A stretch of DNA of 64,000 nucleotides. Source: Balanoglossus misakiensis (lineage: Eukaryota > Animalia > Hemichordata). The stretch lies in the NCBI GenBank assembly GCA_040954595.2, contig CM082597.2:9641778-9705777 (forward strand), read 5' to 3'. A program made the translations under genes and the position numbers. Shown piece by piece: positions 40,201 to 49,626 of this stretch. The notes beneath the pieces are model-generated. The model searched no databases. It saw nothing but the letters and a program-made list of their open reading frames with translations, and had not been told where the DNA came from. The first letter of the stretch is position 1, and every line of letters begins with the position of its first letter.

Positions 40201-43200
40201 ACCGCCATATAGTGTTATCACGCCAGCCTAGGACACAATAGCTTTGGTGTACTTTCAAGAAGTTTGGTCAAGTCCTACCTAGAAGACTGTCACTGAAAAG
40301 GTACAGTTTACCGTTGGCAAAACGTGGTCGTTTACCCTGCTTGTAAACTTCCTCCATCACTGGTTGCAGTTGACGTTTGCACTTGTAGTCCGCTGGGCAG
40401 TAGTCTTGGATGATGAACAGTCTCTCAAGGTGTGTCTGGCTCTACGCAGTATTTCCAATCGATCTGATCGTCGAAAGAACTTCACTGTGATGTGGGGTGG
40501 AGGTCGACCTCCACTAGCAGCGGTGCCATTAGCAGGGGCCACTCGATGGGCGTTTTCAATCTTCGTAGTTGGGTCATCGATTTCGAATTTCGAAGCGAGA
40601 ATCTTCGAAACTAACTCCATGCATCGCTCATTGTCCGACACCTCAATGCCACCAATTCGTAGTTTGAAACTTCATGAATATCTAAAAAGCCAGGGTCTAT
40701 TCTGTTTGTGCTGCGAGTTGCGCTTCAAGTCTGTTACGCGCCTATCTGTGGCCATGCCGTTGTTGCGCAATTCCTCCCTCTCAGCGTCTGCGTGGTTCAA
40801 GGCTTCCTCAAAATCGGCGTGTTTTTGCTCGACTTTTCTCAATCGTTCGTTCAGGGCTTCATTTCCAGCAGTTGTTTCTCACCTGTTTTTACTAGAGCTC
40901 TCAGATTTTCTGTGACAAATTTTTTGAACTGTGAATCTGAGGCTGCAGTGTCTTCCTTATCCTTTTTCCGCTGGTCGAGGGGGCCCAATTAGGGGAATGC
41001 TCCGTTGCACTTGCGCTGTTGTCATTATGGTGGGTGACTTCTGCTGACCGCATGGTTTTACTGTTTTCGGTGCTTTCCCTTTGTGCTGCGGCATATTTGG
41101 TAACTGACCTTCTCATTGGGTACCGTGAGTTCTTAGATGGCTTTTAACACATATTTTGTTGTCTGAACTGTGTTTTCAAGGGAAAAATTTAGATGTGCCC
41201 ACGGAGCTCGCCCGTCAGAGAATCACTTCACATGTCTGTAACACTTTTTGAAAAGTCCAACTGTATGATTTCAATTTCTGCTTTGCACATTAACTTGGGC
41301 CCCGCCAATGCTGCTTGCAGCTTTAACTTTATATTTGTTTCTCCTCTGTGAAGACTAAGTTAACACTCATGAAATTTGTTACAGATATGACAAGACAATA
41401 TAAAACAATGCAAACAGAGATGGGACTTCGAATACACCAACTTGAGGGGGAATTACAAAGAGTCAAAATCCAACTTGGTAAGTTAACTAAAAGCTGAATG
41501 GAATCATTCAGGGTCTTCACACATACACATGATTGTGCAGTACTTTTTAGGTCCCATCTGTATAGGTATATATACCATGGGACCTTATGGGATAGGTTGC
41601 GTCTGTATGTATGCATGGATGTATGGATGGATGCATGTCTGTATGTCCGTCCACATCAAAAACTTGAAAACCGCTGCGCGTATCACCTCAATATTTGGTG
41701 TGCAGATGCAGGCTGGGCTGTAGATGGGAGTTTGTTCAAATGAAGTTGTCATTGCCAAAAATATGCAAATTAGCTAGAAAAATGTGAATTTGGTCAAAAC
41801 TCAGTAACTCAAGAACTACTGGTCAGATTGCTTTGCAAAGTGGTGTGTATTTACTTTATTGAGTTGTTTTAATTAGGCAGGAACCCCTCTTGAGATTTTT
41901 TTATACACAGCAAATTCCTGCATGATTATATATCTGGCTAACTTTTAAAGAGGCCAGCTGTTCTATTTAGTGTATGTACAGTACTAAGCCATTGGCAGCT
42001 TATGGGTCAGTCAGTGCTTGCCCATTGATCTCTCGCTGTGTGTGTGTCTGTCTGTCTGTATATGGCCATGTACTCCGGTGTAGACTTTTTCTTGTGTAAT
42101 CCCTCAATGGGACCACTGTGTCCTTGACGCGATTTTTTCAAAGCTTGGTTAAAGGCCGACTTTCGTCTTATGTGCATGTGCGTAATTTCGTGTGTACAAA
42201 CATTACATCCAATGCAAATGTTCAGCAAATTTTATGTTTGACTCATTCAAATAGTGGACAACCTTCGCTTCCATATTTCATGTGCACTGTATAAGTAGAC
42301 TTAAGATTTGTCCCTTCTTTTCACCCACTTTGCTGTCTTTTCCCGATCTCCGACACAGACTATGGTCGCCGCCATTTTGTCTGTGGCATTGACCACATGT
42401 ATGCACAAATTCTGTATCCAGAGTCTCTGGTTTGGCACATGCGCATAAGACGATCGTCGACCTTTAAATGTTAAATAAACCTATGAGTGCCAGTGGAAGC
42501 TTGGTACAAGAGCTAGTGTGCAAACCTGGCAATCTTCTGTGAAGCTTCCTACATACATAGCTGCATTAGTTGAACCTTTGGTGTACCTACCATTGCGAAA
42601 TCTTAAATATTCCAATCTTTAGCAAAGGTTAGGGTTGTAAAACTTCTTCAAAGCTTGGTGAAAACAATTTTAACAATGATTTCTTGACAAACTGGTAAAT
42701 AAGCGCGACTAATGATGATCACATTTTGTCCATAACGTTACAATAACCCCTAATTGTATCACATACATAGCTCTGCATGGTATGACGTCCCAGTAGGGTA
42801 ATATCGTGCAAAGGGAATTGTTATAACCATACTTTTGACATCAACAACCGGAACTTTTTAAAGTTGTAAACAATATCCTCTCGGTCGTCAAACAAAGATA
42901 AATAACGTTTTTAATATGTGGTGGCCAGACAATGCCTGCGGGTGGTTTCACACTACATGTATGGCACCGAAAACAAACCAAACACTTTGGCAACCGTATA
43001 CTACTATTGCTAGTAAAATCTCATGATGCTATTAGAGCAAAACGGTCTGATCTGAAAGCAAAAGGCGAAGGAAACTAATCCTGCACTAGTGAAGCCCTAA
43101 TGAACAATGAAATCCAACTGATGCGGGACACACAGTTCCTTTCCAGAATCATCTTTGTGACCCGAGTCACCTGACAGATGGGACTGCATATCATCGATCT

Positions 43201-44478
43201 TCAATTTGGCACAAAGTAGTTCCAAATTTTATCATTACAACAAGAAATTAAATTTGAAAATCAAATTTAGCAGATCTATGCCTTTTGATAAACATACATT
43301 GTATTGCCCGTATTCCTCACTTATGTTCCTGCGTTGTGGATTTGTGATTCCCCGTATAGCTGTATCCCTCCAAGCTGCAGGCGAGGAATGACAAGTTTGT
43401 GACGCAGGCACACAGGTGAGGAATACAGGGGGAATTATATTAGTGCATTACACGCTTAATCTTTTAATTCGTGGACAAGGATTAAGTTATAGTGGTACAC
43501 ATGAGTATCTCTGTGTTATGAAAGTTATAAGGAGAGTTTGTTGCTGTAGCTTGATTTGAATGATGACAAACTGAGATTTCACTGAACTTATCACTGACCC
43601 AGACTCAATGATTGGTTGAATGTAAATTAAATATTATTCTAATTATTTTTAATTGATTCCGATATCTGTGGGCACTTCTACATTCCAAAAACATAATTAC
43701 ATGATTACAACATCAAGAACGTGGTAAAGTCAGACTGTCTCAAAAATGCGTGCAGGGGAAATGTTGGAGATTATTGTAGATATTTCCCGGATTATTTTCC
43801 TGTAAAAGTTGTCCATCTTGCTGTGATAATACTGACATAATGCATTTGCTTCACAGCAAACACTGAACAGGAATTGAAGAAGACCAAAGAAGAAAAAGAA
43901 AAAATGACTGAAGAGAAAGATCAGAAAATACAAGAACTTCAGGCCAAGATTGACAGCATGGAATTATCCTATGAAGGAGTCCTTCATGTAAGAAACATAG
44001 CTACAATTTACACTGTACTAAAACAGGATTTATCAAGAAAATAGACAGTCAGAAAGCAGATAGCTAGACTGTATATTCCAATGGAAAGCTTCCAAGTTTG
44101 CTGCAATAATAGCATGTGGACTTTTAATCTCCATTCCCTGTGGAGCAGTCATACCACATATCACTCAAGTTCTACATGTATTGAGGATGCCTTTAGGTTA
44201 AGAATGAAATCGTTTCACCCTTTTAGGGGGGGGGGGAATTGTTGCACAACAAAGAAAGTAAGATCAGCCTTTACTGAAGTTATATGATAGGCTGACACAG
44301 AATTGTGGTAAATAATTTCATATTTATCTCTTTATGTTTGTGTTACCAGGATGCCCTTGATAACATGATGGCAAAAGTAGACTCTGCGAGGGACCGTTGG
44401 CAAGAACAGGCAACCAAGATACATGAACATAACAAAAAACTTCTTTTAGAGTTTGGACTTAACCCACTAGATATCTAG
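28234..44478 (+). CDS. CCDC153: Coiled-coil domain-containing protein 153 / dynein regulatory complex protein 12 homologue, 6 coding exons: join(28234..28291,30176..30247,33018..33137,41385..41477,43857..43987,44350..44478), 200 aa
   Basis: All introns are GT-AG with consistent phases (1,1,1,1,0). The 603-nt spliced ORF reads MPPKKKGKGKKKGKKKKKDDVELTIEDKYKQ..LKDHLAYRKELSRRSQAASDEWKARM..DMTRQYKTMQ..MELSYEGVLHDALD..LLLEFGLNPLDI*. This matches the recalled CCDC153 pattern (MPPK, LRDHLA, EMSRQ, MEAKYEEILHDSLD, QFGL). Confidence 0.9.
28469..29000 (+). mobile_element. L2/CR1-clade LINE 3' fragment with (ATT)n tail
   Basis: Translates LPIHARINFKILHFVYKILHNQAPVYLSDLI..RSFSNAAPTLWNVLPKEIR..SFKTSLKTYLF; ends AATAAATTATTATTATT. 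Confidence 0.85.
28596..28628. mobile_element. 33-bp palindromic insertion with 7-bp TSD (P-superfamily-like termini)
   Basis: GGTTGAC-CATGGACGTAAAAAGAGATTTTTTACGTCCATG-GGTTGAC. Confidence 0.8.
29053..29633 (+). mobile_element. Helentron-associated (HINE/DINE-1-like) element, family A, short form
   Basis: Subterminal IR AGGTCCCAT/ATGGGACC, 5' internal IR, (ATGG)n microsatellite, 3' stem-loop GTGTCCTTGACGC, T-rich flanks; close match to 41549-42132. Confidence 0.8.
30176..30247 (+). CDS. CCDC153: CCDC153 exon 2 (DVELTIEDKYKQTIHQIESLKDHL)
   Basis: Acceptor ttgttacag, donor gtatgt, 72 nt, phase 1-1. Confidence 0.88.
31095..32218 (+). mobile_element. IS3EU-like DNA transposon, internally deleted, with HTH transposase remnant
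   Basis: TIR TATGGCGCTCAAAT.GGGCCAAAATTCAAA; inverted subterminal arrays of CTCAAATCGCAATTTCA; remnant RGRPSLDVPEDQLQFLVRMGF..VATMLNVGKRTIRRRL; degenerate 6-bp TSD GTCAAG/GTTGAG. Confidence 0.75.
33018..33137 (+). CDS. CCDC153: CCDC153 exon 3 (AYRKELSRRSQAASDEWKARMKAAQDDLQTHHVDQKSITS)
   Basis: Acceptor ttttcag, donor gtaaca, 120 nt. Confidence 0.88.
33541..33712 (-). mobile_element. L1/Tx1 LINE 3' end (continuation of 39634-41236)
   Basis: Reverse complement of about 2803-2994; joins 39634 at a T-run. Confidence 0.8.
34239..36651 (+). mobile_element. Helentron-type family B element
   Basis: 5' AGGGGCCCAAGC..GCTTGGGCCCCT, 3' GCTTGGGCCCCT..GCTGCTTGCATC. Sits in a T-run; the empty site is visible at 7085-7110. 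Another 3' end lies at 41293-41326. Confidence 0.75.
35332..36513 (-). mobile_element. Degenerate PIF/Harbinger-like element with possible transposase remnant
   Basis: Imperfect TIR (CTTTCTCACGTGC / GCACGTGAGAAAG). The minus-strand remnant EPKDRLRYTLFGYKSRATY weakly resembles the HARBI1-type HTH region. Confidence 0.4.
38011..38548. mobile_element. Inverted-repeat element with about 75-bp arms
   Basis: GAATGTTCGACAGCTTATCATACTCCG..TATATAATAAGGTTCTAGCATAGAAAATATGTTGTAGCACTAG is mirrored at 38470-38548. Confidence 0.7.
39634..41236 (-). mobile_element. L1/Tx1 LINE: 5'UTR, frameshifted ORF1 (about 41116-40270) and only the C-terminal zinc-binding part of ORF2 (about 40078-39634)
   Basis: ORF1-type LRIGGIEVSDNE..IENAHRV..HITVKF; ORF2 tail DTKLREFQWK..CTFC..ET..LFFHC..V..FW; no endonuclease or RT core. 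Confidence 0.85.
41385..41477 (+). CDS. CCDC153: CCDC153 exon 4 (DMTRQYKTMQTEMGLRIHQLEGELQRVKIQL)
   Basis: Acceptor ttgttacag, donor gtaagt, 93 nt. Confidence 0.88.
41549..42132 (+). mobile_element. Helentron-type family A short copy
   Basis: Close match to 29053-29633; T-run flanks; no TSD. Confidence 0.8.
42153..42463. mobile_element. Kolobok-like MITE
   Basis: TTAA-AGGCCGACTTTCGTCTTATGTGCATGTGC ... GCACATGCGCATAAGACGATCGTCGACCT-TTAA. Confidence 0.75.
43857..43987 (+). CDS. CCDC153: CCDC153 exon 5 (ANTEQELKKTKEEKEKMTEEKDQKIQELQAKIDSMELSYEGVLH)
   Basis: Acceptor cttcacag, donor gtaaga, 131 nt, coiled-coil composition. Confidence 0.88.
44350..44478 (+). CDS. CCDC153: CCDC153 last coding exon (DALDNMMAKVDSARDRWQEQATKIHEHNKKLLLEFGLNPLDI*)
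   Basis: Acceptor gttaccag; TAG at 44476-44478. Confidence 0.88.
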   Translation, partial: DALDNMMAKVDSARDRWQEQATKIHEHNKKLLLEFGLNPLDI

Positions 44479-45652
44479 AAACCACTGTCATAGTTCAAAC
44501 GCATTATTTTTGAATCCCGCAAATGCACTATATTCTCCGTATACTGGAAGTGCTGTATTTGAAAAATATCACTCTTAAAATAACATTCTCTGATTAGTTT
44601 TTTGATAATTTAAAGGGACAAAGTCTCTCTCTGGCTGCCCTTTTTCCATTTACACTGTTTATGTTATTCTATATGTGGATATATAATGCATCAATGTTCG
44701 ACCACACACAACTTCCAACCCGTTTGTGGGATATGAGAGAAAAAACTCGCCCAAAATGAATAAATGGTAGAGACCGATTATGTGTGGTACCACTGAAGGG
44801 AGCGTACACTTATCATTTTGGCCAAATTTTGACCAGACCTATTGGCTTGTCTCATATTTCAAGGTTATTTACAAAATACTGGGTAGTATTTTGTGAATAC
44901 TCTGATTAGAACCTGCACTCAAAAATAACACTTGAAAGGAAGAGAGACAATGTTTTTTGTGGAACATGGGAGTACAGACAACAATGCACTGAACACCAAC
45001 TGGTAAATAGTTAGTGCTACACTTACAAAATGTAGTCATGTACATATGTAATTCCTACATTTGACCTCTCCATCTTTTGCCATCTGTACACTATACTTGT
45101 GCCCGCTGATATAAGAACTTTTAGGAAGATTGACATTCCTGTCATGAGCAGGCCTTTTTGACATATATTTAGATTTTTTACATAAAAGAACATAAATCTC
45201 CCAAGTGTGCAATTGCATTGATAACATGGGAAGAAAGTTAACACTAACAACTGAGTGTCTAATGCAAAGCAGCTTGGCAAGATTCCAACTTTTCAGCCAT
45301 GGATTGCCTGCGATGCCTCCTTTCAAGGTCCAATAACACTTTGGTATTGTATTTTACTCTGAATTCTTTTTTGTCATGGTTGATTGCTCTGAATTATTGC
45401 TTGACATAATTCCATAGTTTACAGCAGAAAGTGTATAATAATGGTAGGAAAATTGATGGTCTTGGATTTTGTGTCTGCAGATACATGAAGGAGGATTTAC
45501 TAAGTTATGTTTACTTCCCTCTTGACCATTCTCACGAGCCAGACCTCTATTTCCGCATGCAGTACCTGTTACCGTAAAGAGGCCTGTGGTTTATGACGAA
45601 GCCCTTGACTTGTGTAAAGCAAGGGAAACTTGTCTTTCAGAATTGTGTAATA

Positions 45653-45953
45653 CAGTCAGACCTGTCTATAGTGGCCTGTTAAGGGACTTTCCCAATCTGA
45701 TTAAAATAAGATGTAGGGAACGGCGACATGTTTTTTTTTATGCTGTCGCCTCACACTAGCGACAGCATAAAATAAACCACATCGCCGTTCCCTACATTTG
45801 ATTTTAATCAGATTGGGGACTTTCCTAAACTGGCCTTTATAATTATAGACAGGTGGCCTTTATAGACAGGTCAATTAATGTACGTTAAATTTACAGGGAC
45901 TGTAACATAGTGGTCACTGTATACAGAGGTGGCCACTAACACAGGTTTGACTG
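45653..45953. mobile_element. Tc1/pogo-like MITE (TA TSD) with a nested palindromic MITE at 45693-45815
   Basis: TA-CAGTCAGACCTGT ... ACAGGTTTGACTG-TA; the nested element is flanked by the direct repeat GGGACTTTCC. Confidence 0.8.
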
Positions 45954-47016
45954 TACATGTATGTGGAATGAAATAAACAGGTATTTGTACCTACTGTACT
46001 TATGTCTTCTAAACTCAGTCAATATTGTAAAATTTTGTAATATATGTGATTTATTTTGCAGACTTAGCTTACTTTTAAGCAATTTGTAATAAATTATATT
46101 GTAAAAATTAGAGACAATCCTTTTAGTGTAGTTTTCTATGTCATGGAAAGTTGACCTTGAAAGTGGTTATTGCACTGTACACAGTGATCATCTGAATCAA
46201 CACATGGGTCATCTGACCTTCATGTAGGTCATAGGACTTTCAACAGGGATCAGTAGTGAAATTCAGTGAACCAGACATTTCAAATAGTGTTGTTGTTTTT
46301 GTTTGTTTTTTTGGGGGGGTGAACTTGACAATTTTTGAGTGTGGTGAAGGCACATGAAAATTACAGCAGGGTATGAAGGGGGGGGGGGGGGATCTGAAAA
46401 TATATTTACTTTTACACGTCAAGATACCCAAAAACATATTTTAGGTACCCATTCCTAAGTTAACCATGGAATAGGCAAAGGCACGCAGTAATTGAAGCTT
46501 CATAAGGGAGAGAGAGAGAGAGAGAGAGATTGAAATACTATAAGTGTGTATACTGATCCATGGTGCTGGCAGTTGGGGAATATATGCATCACACTTTGAA
46601 GCAGTTTTGTCTCTATAGCATCTATAATTGATAATGTACTGGTATGTCCTAAATTGAATTTCAATCTTGGCTCAATTTGGTTGTGGACAAACAGTGCACC
46701 ACTTACGGATACATGCACACTCCCCACAATCATCATTGTCATCAACATCAACTTTGATCAAGTGCACCAAAAGTTAGTGAAAATAAACTGTACATCATTA
46801 TTACAGAAGATCGGCCAGAGATCACCAATGTGGACAACAAGAGAGTTGATAGTAGCTGTACAAATGAGACAATCACTTATAAAAGAACGTTTCTAAAATG
46901 CTATTCCATGATACACAGTAAGAATGACTGTCGTTGCTTTCTGTGCATATCAGTTTCTACACTATAGCTACTGGTACATTACCACAGAGAACTTAGAATC
47001 TTGTTGTTATTGTTGT

Positions 47017-47086
<70 letters not shown>
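47017..47086. repeat. (GAT)n microsatellite
   Basis: Direct reading. Confidence 0.95.
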
Positions 47087-47089
<3 letters not shown>

Positions 47090-48516
47090 AAAAAATGTAT
47101 CATTCCTTGCTGTTGTTTGTCGATGCTGTGAATAACTGTAAAAGAACACTATACTATTGATAAAAAATAATCTATAGATCAACCAATGCAACGTTATATG
47201 GTTGCCCAGTGTCACTCCTGTCTTATTATTTACTCAAGGGTGGAATCCAGCCAAAATCCAGGCTCATCAGCCACCTTCAAGGCCCTGAAAAAAACACCCC
47301 ATCCATGAGCTATCTATTTAAATGTGCCATAATAGGCACTGAAATCTATCTTTAACTCGCCTAATTTTGGCTTCGCTTGATCTACTGACCTGCAAACAAA
47401 TGGGAAAAAACAGCGATTTTTCAGGTTGACCCCGGTCAAATTCAATACATTTGGACTTCACAGGCTGAGGGGATGGCCGATGTTGGCACTGACCATTTTA
47501 ATGGACCAATCAGGGGCCCTTTAAAGGCTACTATGATAGCTCTCATTACTTTAGTGAACTGTTAAAGGGAGGTACAGCTGTCACAACCAGTTTGTAAGCA
47601 AACATTTATTTCTTTTAAAAAATGTGGTCAGTACATAACATGTAATAAAATTATGCTGTGGCAGTACACAATGTTTAAATGTTTACACATGGTGTAAAAA
47701 TTAGAACATGATGATTCAGCATATTTCTAACAAATACTGAGGAAAACAGAAAATATTTAAACAACTTGAATGATGATGTCAAACGGTGTAGGATTTGTCC
47801 TTTTAAGGATGAGATGCACCTTTTATGACACTTGTTTTTAATCGATTTTTTCTCCTTATATTTCATGTTTCCCACCAACACATTATATATTTTCTGTTAG
47901 CTCTATACTTGAAGTTTATGAAAATCTGGTTTATTTTCCAAAATTTCTGTTCTCTTTCTCGTTTTGCTAAAAATGCACGATTTCAATTTTTTTTACTCAA
48001 AGGAGTGTCAATAAAAAAAGACAATGCCTCCAGGTGATCTGTTACCGGCAATCGACAGCTGGGTATAGTGGTAAAAATAACTTACCATGGAATTTTGATA
48101 TTCACTTTTGTTTTTGAACAATGAGCCTTTAAAGTGTCAACTGTCGATTTTTGCATAAATTATCGACTTTTGTTCACTTGTGTGGTGATTTCTTTATCAG
48201 TGAAACATTTTATCTTACACAACTTTTACACTTATGACATTTTTCAGTAGTTTTTTCTTTTATGCAAACAATGAAATGCTTGGTGTTTTATTGTGAAAAC
48301 ATTTCAACACAAAGCTAATATTGCAGTTATTGAGTTTGTAATGGAAGACAATATTCTAATCTAAGACTTATTCTAATCTAGGATTTTTTATATCCATTTG
48401 ATGGATTGGTGAGGTCGTTATTTGTTTGTGTTTCTTGATTTAATATCAATATAACCCTAACCCATAAAGAAAGACAAAAATATAATTGTATGCCCTACAT
48501 ATGGTTTTAGAATAAT

Positions 48517-48843
48517 ATTGAACACCTATTGCCTGGCCATGAGGGCCATAGCAGCCGTTTATTACACCCGAGGGGCCTTGAGTTACCAGAATCACATGCT
48601 ATTTATAGCATAAGATTCTGGTAACTCGGTCACGAGGGGGTAAAAACGGCTGCTATGGCCCGAATATAGGCCAGGCCATAGGTGTTTTATAATAAACCTC
48701 ATATCTGTGAACTCACATTGGTCACGTGACCGGTTTATTTTTGTTCTGCTATTTCCCTAGGGATTCATAGTCGATTCTATTTTCCTATCACGTGACGGAT
48801 TCTGGCGAATCACGACACAGTATTAGCATGAGGTATATTATAA
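48517..48843. mobile_element. Double-hairpin non-autonomous element, Crypton-like architecture
   Basis: Hairpin 48521-48686 (aacacctat..ggccatagcagccgttt / aaacggctgctatggcc..ataggtgtt) followed by a second IR, taataaacctcat / atgaggtatatta. Confidence 0.5.
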
Positions 48844-49257
48844 TGTAGCCTATTCATGATATAAAGTAATTTGCAGCCAAAAATAATATATATCTATATT
48901 TGTTTTATAATTTATATTGTTATTTTATTAGATTTCTTTTGTTTGGTTTTAGAATTTATGACAGCACAGGCATACACGCAGGAGTCCAAATCAAACTTCC
49001 AGTTTCATAAATAGCGCCCTCTAATGATTACATCCAAGTCCTTTCATTTTTCTTTGGCAAGTATACATGCATGTTTTACAGAATCAGGGGTGTGGTACTC
49101 GTTCACTCAGACTATAGCCACGACAAAATGCTGCCACAAAAAGTGAAACAACAAAGATGGTTGAAACGCAGCCAGCAAGACCTGCGTTGTTTGCCATGCT
49201 CACGGCGCGCTCTGGAGACGCAACTAGCTATGGCCGTATCACATACGACTTTGATAA

Positions 49258-49501
49258 GGGGTGGACCATTTTAATTCAGGGGGACTGGGTGATTTTTTGG
49301 AGAAAAACTTTGTCGAAAGTCTTTTGCCAAGGGAAAAATTTTGTTAGTGTGGGCTGGGTAATAAAAATGCTTCAAACGTGGCTTTAAAAGCAACCTGCTC
49401 CACAGTCACCGTTTGGAGAGAGAAAAATGCCACCACGGTTGGTGAAACTAAATTATTGCTTTACCCAATGCCTCCACCCCAGAAATCAAATGGTCTACCC
49501 C
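49258..49501. mobile_element. MITE with TAA TSD immediately upstream of ETFB
   Basis: TAA-GGGGTGGACCATTT ... AAATGGTCTACCCC-TAA. Confidence 0.75.
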
Positions 49502-49569
49502 TAAGAAGGAAAATGGACGATTAAACGGCGCTCGTTTTGTTCGAGATCTCGTTCTTTCTCATTGACAAG

Positions 49570-49626
49570 ATGGCGTCGTTACGTGTGATGGTTGGAGTCA
49601 AACGGGTGATCGACTATGCGGTTAAA
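49570..49626 (+). CDS. ETFB: ETFB exon 1 ([19 protein letters not shown])
   Basis: aagATGGCG start; donor gtaagt at 49627. Confidence 0.95.

Noticed and set aside
40364-40915. 183-aa plus-strand ORF
   Set aside because: Antisense shadow of the LINE ORF1.
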